Source: a bacterium (lineage in GTDB: Bacteria; Bacteroidota; Ignavibacteria; Palsa-1295). Taken from it: a DNA stretch of 64,000 bases. Below are positions 47,533 through 57,001 of the stretch, piece after piece. Position 1 is the first letter of the stretch. Every line of letters starts with the position of its first letter. The position numbers and the translations under genes were made by a program. The notes beneath the pieces are model-generated. The model was not told the origin of the DNA and did not search any database. It worked only from the letters and a program-made list of their open reading frames with translations. Location: NCBI GenBank assembly GCA_037143335.1, contig JBAWZA010000011.1, positions 13,494 through 77,493 on the forward strand, read 5' to 3'.

Positions 47533-48043
47533 TCGTAATATTTTGCAGCTACATCAATGTAATCGGGCGAACTTAACACGAAGCACGAAATCAACGTTTC
47601 GGAAATCGGTGTTGAGAGAATAGATGTAGATACATTTTTTCTCAAAAATAAACAATTAACATTTTTTCACGGAGCAAAGGGAAATAAGAATTCCCGAAAA
47701 GCCCATTTATTGGCATTTTCTGGGTCGGAATCGTCTCTAACGCTCTTAGAATAATACTTAGCGGGGTTGTCCACACTCCGAATTCCCATAAAAAGGACTT
47801 ACGGAACTCTGAAAAAACTTACCCACCGAACGGTGTATAACTTTGTGGAGAAGCATCGATGACATATCGTCATTGTGAGCAACTTGTTTATCATTAAGAA
47901 ATTGTTAACTGAATTTCGCTCAATTTGCTATTTTCACAAGTTTCCACGAAAAAATGGCGTCAAAAGATGGGAAATTCTCGTCCTAAAAAGAGGACGGAAT
48001 TTCCGCAAAAAAACTTGATAAGGGGTGGATAAACAGAGTCCCT

Positions 48044-48071
48044 CCCCAAAGCCGCGTGCTCGGCTTTGGGG
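48044..48071. terminator. Stem-loop CCCCAAAGCCG-CGTGCT-CGGCTTTGGGG downstream of the minus-strand substrate-binding protein gene
   Basis: 11 bp perfect stem, 16 nt beyond the stop (48088) of the minus-strand gene. The U tract is weak. Confidence 0.45.
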
Positions 48072-48087
48072 TGGGATAACTCATGAA

Positions 48088-49917
48088 TTAATTGGTTGAT
48101 GAGGCTTTGTAATTGCCGCCAGAAGCCCCTCTGATCTTCCACCAAGCTTGGTTGAAGCCAGGACGCACTGCATTGAAGCTCACGTTATCGAAACGGTCTA
48201 TATACACGCATGGATTCTCAGGTACCCAGAGGATGCAATTGGCTTGATCTTCATAAAATACTTTTTGGAATTCCCTCTGCAAGTCCATTCTTTTTGTCTC
48301 TTCAAATTCCTGACGAATTGCTTCGAGTAAATGATCTGCGACAGGGCTGTTATAGCCGCTGTAGTTCGAGCCACGGTTCTTTGCTTGCGATGAATGATAG
48401 AGTTGGTAGTTATCTGTCTCGTATGGATCAGCTTGCCACGAACCGTATGTGGCATCAAACTTATGATCGCGTTGACGGTCGAGCAGCACCGACCACTCCG
48501 TCGTCTGAACACTTGCATCAATGCCGATTTTTCTCATTGCCTCGGCTATGATGAGCAATACATTTTTTCTTACCTCATTGCCTGCATTTGTGGTGAATGT
48601 AAATTTGAACGGAGTTGATTTGCCGTCAATGACTTTATCCAGAATCCCATCACCATCATGATCTTTCCAGCCTGCGCTATCCAAGATTCGCTTTGCCATT
48701 TCGGGATCGTAAGGAATCAACGGTAAATTTTTATTATACTCTTTCCGCCAAAATGGGATTGCTGATTGAGTCTGTTTTGCTAAACCGAAAAGCACTTTGT
48801 CTATAATTGATTTGCGATCAACGACATGTGCCAATGCCCACCGAACCTTTTGCTCCTTGAAAAGTGGGTTTTGCAAATTCCAATTGATGAGTACAAAGGA
48901 GCCGAGTGGGAATGTGACCTTCTTGATAAACGGCTGCTTCAGTGTATCAATCTGAACGAAATACGGAGGCTGCAGGAATTCGATCACGTCAATATCTTTT
49001 GATTTAATTGTTGTGACTGCGGCGTTCCAGTCTGTAATGACTTTATAAATCAGCGTATCGGGATACGTAACTCCTAAGGGCGAATTTCCCTTATTGGTGT
49101 ACTGTGGATTTCGAACTAAAATAATTCGATCATTGGTGCGCCACTCAGATAATTTGTATGGACCCGATCCTTGAATATATTTCGCTTCACGGCCTAATTC
49201 TGGAGTAACCATCCACTGACCAAACTCTCGCATAGCCGGGTTCACTTGCATGTGTGCGGCTTTTGCGCTATCTATATCTTCGGCTTTTCCACTTTCAACG
49301 ATGGAGGCAATATCATCCCAGGTGTATTGATCGGTCAAGTTCTTCGGATCCCAGATATGCTTTGGCAAAATAAAGAACGCATCCGCGAATGCTTGTTCTT
49401 TTACAAGAAAGTATGCCTTCCACATTTTGAATCTGACCTTGTAGGGATCACCATCAATCAATTCGCAACTATGGATATTATCAACGAACGTGCGCTTTTG
49501 TGCGGAGTAGGTGTTGAGTGGGTTCTTCAATGCTTTCAAGCTAAAGATCACATCAGCTCCAGTCATTTCTTTGCCGTCAGCGAACTTCACACCTTTGCGC
49601 AGCGTAAAATCATAGGTCATGTGGTCGGCTGACTCAACCGGCATTGACTCAGCCAACCATGGCACATCTACTTGCATTGTCTGCGGATTAATTCTGAGCA
49701 GTCGTTCAAAAATCTGTTCTTCGACGTACGTCTCATCTGCGCCTGTTGAATTCTGCGGATTCAATCGCTCAAGTTCGTTGAGGAGATGCTGGACGACAAG
49801 GTTAGAGGTCGAGAGATTATTCGTCCCAGGACCCGAGGATTTCCCTCCACATCCAGCGACGAGTAGAGCGACGCTAAGTGACAATGAAATGAATAAAGTG
49901 CGAGAAATAGTGTTCAT
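48088..49917 (-). CDS. ABC transporter substrate-binding lipoprotein, family 5 (peptide/nickel/oligopeptide-binding type)
   Basis: 609 aa; lipobox LLVAGCGG. SBP_bac_5-like length and motifs are present. There are no adjacent permease or ATPase genes. Confidence 0.7.
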   Translation of the reverse strand: MNTISRTLFISLSLSVALLVAGCGGKSSGPGTNNLSTSNLVVQHLLNELERLNPQNSTGADETYVEEQIFERLLRINPQTMQVDVPWLAESMPVESADHMTYDFTLRKGVKFADGKEMTGADVIFSLKALKNPLNTYSAQKRTFVDNIHSCELIDGDPYKVRFKMWKAYFLVKEQAFADAFFILPKHIWDPKNLTDQYTWDDIASIVESGKAEDIDSAKAAHMQVNPAMREFGQWMVTPELGREAKYIQGSGPYKLSEWRTNDRIILVRNPQYTNKGNSPLGVTYPDTLIYKVITDWNAAVTTIKSKDIDVIEFLQPPYFVQIDTLKQPFIKKVTFPLGSFVLINWNLQNPLFKEQKVRWALAHVVDRKSIIDKVLFGLAKQTQSAIPFWRKEYNKNLPLIPYDPEMAKRILDSAGWKDHDGDGILDKVIDGKSTPFKFTFTTNAGNEVRKNVLLIIAEAMRKIGIDASVQTTEWSVLLDRQRDHKFDATYGSWQADPYETDNYQLYHSSQAKNRGSNYSGYNSPVADHLLEAIRQEFEETKRMDLQREFQKVFYEDQANCILWVPENPCVYIDRFDNVSFNAVRPGFNQAWWKIRGASGGNYKASSTN

Positions 49918-49988
49918 GGATATGACTATTAATTGAGAGATAATATTTTTTACGCTTTAACAATACAAATCATACCCAATTTGGTTCA

Positions 49989-50288
49989 ATGAAATATTTT
50001 GCAATTCTCACAGACTACATCGCGCCGATGGAGAGCGTCGTCGAAATTACACCCGAACACCGAGCATATCTCAAGACCCAGTACGATGCAGGCATCATGC
50101 TCTTTAGCGGTCCGCTTGTGCCGCGAACAGGGGGTATGCTCTTTGCGCAAGCGAACGACAGAGCGGACATTGATGCCATGATAGCCAGAGACCCGTTTCA
50201 TCTAAAACAGATCGCAACCTACACCGTGATAGAGACTTCGCCTGTTATGTGGGCAACCGAGCTAAACAAAATCTTCGAAGCTGCGTAG
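49989..50288 (+). CDS. YciI-like family protein
   Basis: 99 aa. The N-terminus MKYFAILTDY and conserved His/Asp positions resemble the YCII-related domain; the size fits. Confidence 0.55.
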   Translation: MKYFAILTDYIAPMESVVEITPEHRAYLKTQYDAGIMLFSGPLVPRTGGMLFAQANDRADIDAMIARDPFHLKQIATYTVIETSPVMWATELNKIFEAA

Positions 50289-50297
50289 AGATTCCTG

Positions 50298-51212
50298 ATG
50301 CCCGAACTCATTACACCTACAACTGATTACCTCCGCCCCGAGCACGTCTCGAAGCTTGGGAATTTTGAGCTTGTCGCAAAATTTGTCGTCGAGGGATTCA
50401 TCACAGGTCTGCATAAATCTCCCTATCACGGGTTTAGTGTGGAGTTTGCAGAGCATAGACCTTACCTACCGGGCGATCCGATTCGTAACATTGATTGGAA
50501 GCTCTTTGCGAGAACCGATCGCTACTACATCAAGCAGTACGAAGAAGAGACAAACCTCAAGGCGCATATTATTTTGGATTCATCGCTGTCTATGAATTAC
50601 AAAAGCGATCCAAAATTTATTACGAAATATAGGTACGCGACGATTCTTGCTGCTTCGCTTGCCTATCTTCTCACTCGCCAACAAGATGCGGTCGGCTTGG
50701 CACTCTTTGATGAAGAGGTGCGCACCTTCATGCCGGCCCGGTTGAAGTCGAGCTACCTTCGTGAGATGCTGAAAGTTTTACAGCAAACTGAACCAACAAA
50801 CAAAACAAAAACGCAGGCTTCACTCCGATTAGTATTGGAGCGAATCAAACGTCGCGGACTTATTATCGTTATTAGTGATTTCCTTGATGAGCCGGATGAG
50901 ATTATCACTTCGCTCAAACTCATGCGCAACGCCGGACATGAAGTGATAGCATTTCAAGTCCTTGACCCAATTGAACAAACGCTTGCTCTCCCAGCAAGCG
51001 ATGCGACAATTTACGATCTCGAGACGGGAGAGTTTATTAAAACGCAACCTTATCAGATGCAAGAAAGCTACGCAAAATCATTTCAAGAATTTCTTGACAC
51101 CCTTACTTCATCACTTGCTTCCGAGAGAATAGATCACGTCGTTCTGCAAACGACAACTCCGTTTGATAAAGCATTGACGGAATACTTTTATAAGCGTCAG
51201 ATGATGGGATAA
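50298..51212 (+). CDS. DUF58 domain protein (vWA-like, usually MoxR-associated)
   Basis: 304 aa. Motifs GFSVEFAEHRPYLPGDPIRNIDWKLFARTDRYYIKQYEEE and ILDSSLSM are characteristic of DUF58. No MoxR ATPase gene is nearby. Confidence 0.7.
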   Translation: MPELITPTTDYLRPEHVSKLGNFELVAKFVVEGFITGLHKSPYHGFSVEFAEHRPYLPGDPIRNIDWKLFARTDRYYIKQYEEETNLKAHIILDSSLSMNYKSDPKFITKYRYATILAASLAYLLTRQQDAVGLALFDEEVRTFMPARLKSSYLREMLKVLQQTEPTNKTKTQASLRLVLERIKRRGLIIVISDFLDEPDEIITSLKLMRNAGHEVIAFQVLDPIEQTLALPASDATIYDLETGEFIKTQPYQMQESYAKSFQEFLDTLTSSLASERIDHVVLQTTTPFDKALTEYFYKRQMMG

Positions 51213-51251
51213 AATAATTAAAAATCAAAATTAAAAATGCAAAATTGGGGA

Positions 51252-51284
51252 GGGGGAATGGATTCCCGCCTTCGCGGGAATGAC
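51252..51284. repeat. Family B palindromic repeat core, inverted orientation
   Basis: GGGAATGGATTCCCGCCTTCGCGGGAATGAC is the reverse complement of the 25246-25275 core, with 3-4 mismatches. Confidence 0.5.
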
Positions 51285-51296
51285 AGCTTTATCAGT

Positions 51297-51327
51297 GGGA
51301 CGGTCTCTTAGACCGTCCCGTATTTTT
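51297..51327 (+). terminator. Rho-independent terminator-like hairpin GGGACGGTC-TCTTA-GACCGTCCC followed by GTATTTTT; family C repeat copy 2
   Basis: 9 bp GC-rich stem plus T5, downstream of the DUF58 gene. The sequence is near-identical to the 2825-2846 hairpin. Confidence 0.6.
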
Positions 51328-51358
51328 GACGGGACGGTTGCCCACCTGAGATTGGGAT

Positions 51359-51745
51359 TCAAACCGTTTCAATTATCGCGATCGCCTCCGCGATTTCTTT
51401 GGTATGGGTAAGAGAGAGCTGAATGTGAAATTCTGATTTGACGATACTCGCTGTCTTGACGATCATAGAATCGCGGAGGATGACTACCGGCTTGCCCGAA
51501 AACTCTTTCCCAACTTCCACTTCCTTCCAGATAAATCCTCGGCGGATGCCTGTGCCGATTGCTTTGGAGAATGCTTCTTTGGCGGCGAAACGTGCGGCGA
51601 AATGCTCGGAGCTATTTTTTCGGGAAGTGCAATAGCCGATCTCAGATTCGGTAAAAATCCGTTTCAGGAATTGATCACCGTATTGGGCAATCGTTTCCTC
51701 GATCCGTTTCACTTCTATGGTATCTATTCCGATTCCGAATATCAT
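51359..51745 (-). CDS. acpS: Holo-[acyl-carrier-protein] synthase
   Basis: 128 aa. MIFGIGIDTIEVKRIE and FAAKEAFSKA are the 4'-phosphopantetheinyl transferase motifs. Confidence 0.8.
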   Translation of the reverse strand: MIFGIGIDTIEVKRIEETIAQYGDQFLKRIFTESEIGYCTSRKNSSEHFAARFAAKEAFSKAIGTGIRRGFIWKEVEVGKEFSGKPVVILRDSMIVKTASIVKSEFHIQLSLTHTKEIAEAIAIIETV

Positions 51746-51831
51746 GGGTTAAGTTTGTGATTCATTATTGAGAACACAAAATTGAAATTATCCTCACAAA
51801 AGAAAAGTTAGGTAGGAAACAAAATCACGAT

Positions 51832-53712
51832 TTGCGCGCCGTACTATTTATCCTTTTTTTCACCCTAGTTCTCACGGGGGAATCATATTCTCAATCCTTC
51901 GCCCCACAAGGTCGCAGACTTCCGCCTTCGCTCGAGCGCGAACTCAAGCTCAAGCACGGTGGCAAGGTGCGCATCGTCGGCTTCACCGATACCCTCAAAG
52001 CACAGAGCATTATCGCCAGTAGCATCCGTGATAGTGCGAGCATCGAACTTGATTCACTTACTGCCAAAGACTCCGCTATTGTTACAATAGACTCCGCTGT
52101 ATCGCTCACGGATAAAGAGTGGCTTGACTCCATGCTTGCGCAATTGCCGGAGTATAAAAATACTCCGCAGGGGATAAGGTTTCACTATCCTGCCGATATT
52201 CTCGTCGAGACAAATCGTAAAGTTGTGCCACCCGATTCGACGATTGCTTCGCGTATGGACCCAGTCACGAAAGAAGACCTTCCGCTCTATGGTGATATGG
52301 CGATGCCCAAACCGCTTCCAGATAAATCATTGCCTCGGACGCGAATTGAAGCGGCACTTGGCTCGCCGTATATTCCCATTCTCAGTGTGAATTCTCTTGT
52401 GCTAACAAATGAAACGACGGCACTTGTCTGCGATGGATTTTTCAAGACGACTCAGGCTGATGAAGTCGCGACCAAACAATATTGGCACCTCGGTGCACAT
52501 GTAAGTTTTCTCTTCCCTCCATCACCACTCGAACTTACCCAGCGAGTACCTCAACTTGAGTTAAGTGCACTGACGGGTGCAACGAAGCGGGTATTAGGCG
52601 ATAGCAACACGACGCATTCATTGAGCGAGTCCGAACTTAGTACTCGGTTCACGATTGGTCAGCAATCTCAATTGAAATTAATATCTCAAGGTTCGGTTGG
52701 GTTTTTGCATGATGAATCAACCGTGGGAATTTCGGAGACAGAAGCAAAACTAAAGCTATTGCTCGCCAAAGATATCCCGAACTCAAGCTTCACGACTTCA
52801 TTGAGTTTAAGAGCCGAGTATGCAAGTCAGCCCACGATTGACTCGCAGTTGAGTGGCACAAAAATATTTCCGAACCTAAATAATACGTGGACGCATTCAG
52901 TGAATCTTGGTGAAGCGCAATTAGTACTTGAGCAAAAAGAGGCAGCGCCAATCAGATGGCTGGCAGGAGTATCATTTACAAGTGGTAGTGATGCAAGCGG
53001 TAATAATGCTGCTATCTCTCCACTTGCGAAAATCATTTTCCATCCGTCCAACAAATCAGAATTTGGCGTTTCGTTTTGGCCACAGACCGAAGTCTCTGAT
53101 TTTGCGAATATGTTTGCGCACGCACTTTTTTATTTTCCGATTATTCCATCAAGCACCCATTCAGCCGACACAAGGCGCATCATCACTGAGCCAATTCACC
53201 TGACGATCTTCGGAAATTATTTTCTGTCACTTTTGAACGAAGCGCACGCAGAGATTCGGTATGTCGAGCGGAATAACGAACCTGTGTTCGAGCGCGACTC
53301 CCCCAGTGGTATTTTCTACGCAAGGCCTATGAATACAAAACATCTTGAGATCGAGGCAAATATTTCCGCTGAAGTTTTCGGTAAAGACAGAGTACGCGCC
53401 TCTGGAACCATCAGTTCATCAGCGGAGAAAACCTCTGGGAAGATATTGCCGTACGAACGAACCCTCGAGCTTCATGCAAATTATGAATTCCGAAGATTCT
53501 CAGATGCTTTCGTGCCTTCGATAGCATTTGTAGATTTCGCACGACCAGGTCATACCTTCACTTTCTTGAATGCAGAACTAGAATATCTTTTTTTGCCAGC
53601 ATTCAAAGCATTCTTCAGAGCAGAGAATATCTTTAACGCACAAAACGACTTCTGGTCCGGCTATAGCGAATATCCGCAAGCGTTCAGGGTTGGAGTTTCG
53701 TACAATTTTTGA
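51832..53712 (+). CDS. Putative outer-membrane beta-barrel protein
   Basis: 626 aa with a signal peptide. Amphipathic beta strands alternate in the C-terminal two thirds, and the protein ends in the aromatic ...FRVGVSYNF. Confidence 0.45.
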   Translation: MRAVLFILFFTLVLTGESYSQSFAPQGRRLPPSLERELKLKHGGKVRIVGFTDTLKAQSIIASSIRDSASIELDSLTAKDSAIVTIDSAVSLTDKEWLDSMLAQLPEYKNTPQGIRFHYPADILVETNRKVVPPDSTIASRMDPVTKEDLPLYGDMAMPKPLPDKSLPRTRIEAALGSPYIPILSVNSLVLTNETTALVCDGFFKTTQADEVATKQYWHLGAHVSFLFPPSPLELTQRVPQLELSALTGATKRVLGDSNTTHSLSESELSTRFTIGQQSQLKLISQGSVGFLHDESTVGISETEAKLKLLLAKDIPNSSFTTSLSLRAEYASQPTIDSQLSGTKIFPNLNNTWTHSVNLGEAQLVLEQKEAAPIRWLAGVSFTSGSDASGNNAAISPLAKIIFHPSNKSEFGVSFWPQTEVSDFANMFAHALFYFPIIPSSTHSADTRRIITEPIHLTIFGNYFLSLLNEAHAEIRYVERNNEPVFERDSPSGIFYARPMNTKHLEIEANISAEVFGKDRVRASGTISSSAEKTSGKILPYERTLELHANYEFRRFSDAFVPSIAFVDFARPGHTFTFLNAELEYLFLPAFKAFFRAENIFNAQNDFWSGYSEYPQAFRVGVSYNF

Positions 53713-53881
53713 TTCGCTGATTTCCACACTGGCATAGAAAATTAACTCTTCCAGGATTTTTAAATAAACGGCAAAAATTATTGTATATTTGTTGTAGACT
53801 CGTTACTCCAAGAAATCAAACCGCTTTCTTATGTTGATACCGAAATATTGACTTTGCCTTAAATTTTTTCTTTCTGTAATC

Positions 53882-54211
<330 letters not shown>

Positions 54212-54298
54212 AACAAAAAATACCCATTTCCTCATGCTATGGAAGCCCTAAAACCCTTGTATCTTTGCACCGTGTTAACAAACATTACTTAATTTGCC

Positions 54299-54955
54299 AT
54301 GACAACAAAAAACAGAGCATACTCTTTTTTTAAGACGATAGGAATTATTCTTCCATTACTACTCTTTATTTCTCAGGCAAGGGCACAATGCCCATCGATA
54401 CCATGCCCAAATCCTGGGAATTGTACTGGATGGTCATCTGTAACTGGAGTTCCAGTTCATATTTCTAGCGGGTGTGACCTCTATGTAAACTATTGTTATA
54501 GGACGGTACACAATTGGCCTACTACAGGTTTCGAAACACTCCAGGCTGTCATCACTGAAATTGATTCTGACGCTCATTGTGATGATGATATCACTACTGC
54601 AAGTTTTGTTGCAGAAGTGCAGTCTGCGATCTCTGTAGATGCTTCAACACATGCTGTTTCACCACCCCCATGTAACAACCAAGTTAGTGGTAGTTATAAG
54701 ATGGAATTACGAACCCCTGCATGTTTGAAGCGTGTAGCAACTTCATACAATCATTACGCCCTTGTGATGGCTTGTGAGAGTACTACTTCATTTTGCTTGA
54801 TGACATGTGATCTGTGCCATGACAGTAATGGTACAACGCTGAAACAAAATTGTACATTTACTCTTGAAGGTACACCACCATGTGATGATGCACCAACCAA
54901 GATGGGAGATTGGCCAACGGATGCATGCAGACACCCAGTATGTGGCACTTTCTAA
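54299..54955 (+). CDS. Cysteine-rich secreted protein (cassette 2, gene 1; paralogue of 41609..42298)
   Basis: 218 aa; signal peptide ending ARAQ. The mature region CPSIPCPNPGNC...GCDLYVNYCYRTVHNWP...CDDAPTKMGDWPTDACRHPVCG has cysteines co-linear with the cassette-1 protein. Confidence 0.6.
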   Translation: MTTKNRAYSFFKTIGIILPLLLFISQARAQCPSIPCPNPGNCTGWSSVTGVPVHISSGCDLYVNYCYRTVHNWPTTGFETLQAVITEIDSDAHCDDDITTASFVAEVQSAISVDASTHAVSPPPCNNQVSGSYKMELRTPACLKRVATSYNHYALVMACESTTSFCLMTCDLCHDSNGTTLKQNCTFTLEGTPPCDDAPTKMGDWPTDACRHPVCGTF

Positions 54956-54957
54956 TT

Positions 54958-56271
54958 ATGAAGTCTAAATTAAGGTTTTCTCTACTTGTTCTTGTGCTTC
55001 TTAGCTTAGGCTCGGAAGCACAAGGACAGGTTAAACCCTTTTGGACAACTCTTTCCGCGAAAGGGTTTACACAACGTCAGGGACTAACGGCATCCCTATT
55101 CAATGGCAAGATTTATACGATTGGTGGTGTCTTGTATCCTTGGTTTAAAGAAAATCTGGTAGAGGTATATAACCCTACCACTGACTTGTGGAGTACTCCT
55201 AAAACAATTGGCCGATGCCCACCACATTATGCTCATACTGCAAACGTTGTAGGTAGTAAGATTTACATCATTGGAGGTGTTCAAGGTCTGTCTATCTATG
55301 ACGATACAGTCTGGGTTTTTAATCCAATTGATAATAGTTGGAGTCTTGATACGATTATGGACGAAGGCAATGCGCCTCATCCTGGACTTATCAATTCAAC
55401 GTCATGTGTAATTGGCGATAGTATCTACGTCTTTGGTGGAGTAGATTTAGGTGGTAGCTTTAGTAGTACAGTTCAGATTTACGATACTAAGCGACACCGT
55501 TGGTCTTTCATGCCTCAGACCGCCGATTCAATGCGGACTGTAACAACTCCAAAATCTTTTCTCGTTGGGGATAAAATGTATGTTGTCGGCTTGCCTGGTA
55601 TAGCAAATGGCCAACCTGAAGATACAGCCTGCCATTGCACTGTTCAGGTTTATGATCCAGTAACGAATAGGTGGAGATGGCCTTCTACTGATACAATGCG
55701 TTTCCCGAGATTTGCATTCGTAGGAGAATCTTATACTACTCCAAAACATCAGACTCAAATACGTCTCATTGGCGGAATCAGTTATAATGGTGGGAATGAT
55801 CCACCGAAAACTGATACGTATGATACGTTATTCCGTAAATGGGGACAGGAACTTCCGGACGGTGAATTTACCGTTCGAATTGGAGCCGCATCATGTTTGA
55901 TCGGCGATAAAATTTATGTTATTGGTGGGGTCTTTGGTAGAGGTGCTACTGATACGAGCTTGAACCAAGTACTTACAATCCCACAACTGCAGAGTGTTGA
56001 AAATGGCTTTGATAAAATATTTTATTATAGCCGAATCTACCCCAACCCAGCAACAACGACTCTTAACATTGTTTCTGTAGAGGTTGGTACTCCGTTCAAG
56101 ATCCTTGATATATTGGGTAGAGAAGCAATGATAGGCAAGACATTAGATAATGCAACATTAACAGTTGACATATCGAATCTTTCAACAGGTTTTTATTATG
56201 TTCTTGTCGAGCGTGCGGATATGAAAGGTCAGTACTCTATCGCTGGCAAGCTTGCAGTCATTGGGAAGTAA
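54958..56271 (+). CDS. Kelch-repeat beta-propeller secreted protein with CHC motif and T9SS C-terminal sorting domain (cassette 2, gene 2; paralogue of 40347..41609)
   Basis: Start MKSKLRFSLLVLVLLSLG lies 2 nt after the upstream stop. Kelch blades are present, plus the EDTACHCTVQVYD motif. The C-terminus YPNPATTTLNIVSVEVG...YYVLVERADMKGQYSIAGKLAVIGK matches a Por tail pattern. Confidence 0.65.
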   Translation: MKSKLRFSLLVLVLLSLGSEAQGQVKPFWTTLSAKGFTQRQGLTASLFNGKIYTIGGVLYPWFKENLVEVYNPTTDLWSTPKTIGRCPPHYAHTANVVGSKIYIIGGVQGLSIYDDTVWVFNPIDNSWSLDTIMDEGNAPHPGLINSTSCVIGDSIYVFGGVDLGGSFSSTVQIYDTKRHRWSFMPQTADSMRTVTTPKSFLVGDKMYVVGLPGIANGQPEDTACHCTVQVYDPVTNRWRWPSTDTMRFPRFAFVGESYTTPKHQTQIRLIGGISYNGGNDPPKTDTYDTLFRKWGQELPDGEFTVRIGAASCLIGDKIYVIGGVFGRGATDTSLNQVLTIPQLQSVENGFDKIFYYSRIYPNPATTTLNIVSVEVGTPFKILDILGREAMIGKTLDNATLTVDISNLSTGFYYVLVERADMKGQYSIAGKLAVIGK

Positions 56272-57001
56272 GATCATAACTTCATGCGTTGTGAATTGGC
56301 GGTGAGAATGCTTCAACTAAATTCTTCATTTGCTCAAGAGAAGATACTTATATACAATCTATTAACATTCTCGTGGGCACCTATTGCAAAATGGAAGTTC
56401 AAGTTGTATATTGTAAGCATGTTGACAGGCACCATCTTTTTTAATTCCGTATTAGGAATTACGAATGAAGAATTACGCATTAGCAGAGTGTTGCGGATTG
56501 AGACATCATACAGGTTCTATAGTGGAAACTGTGAGGGAGTTGACATGCGATGTGTGCACAGCTAAAATGAAGCCTGATAATGAGTTGCAGCCTCTCGTGT
56601 AGGAAACTCTAGCCAGAATTTGCGATGCGAGTAAACGCACATCGCCCTTTCAGGGCTTAGAATTTCTTATTACGTACGAACCCCAAGGTTGCTCCGCTTC
56701 GCGAATTCACCTTGAGCTATGAGTACTTCGTACCGCCGGCACTATCGGCATTATAGAGATGGCGCATTTGAGTCACATAGCTACGGTGTGCTTTGAGCCC
56801 AACCTGTAGCCCGAAATGCGGACGAAATGTTGGGGTAGTTGTGACTGCTGTTATTTAAGACCAGAAAGGGTGGAGTGTTACTTGATGAATTCCTCCGAAC
56901 ATTCCCCGAAAAAACTTCGTTTTCAATCCTTCGCGTTTCTCTTTGCGGTGCCACCAACTGTGGGGGGAAGCGAATGGTATTGAAATTCAAACTATTAGAT
57001 A

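Noticed and set aside
56284-56565. 93 aa ORF as a real small protein gene
   Set aside because: It has no signal peptide, unusual composition and no ribosome-binding context, and it sits in a long non-coding gap. It is kept only as a low-confidence possibility within the finding for that gap rather than as a feature.
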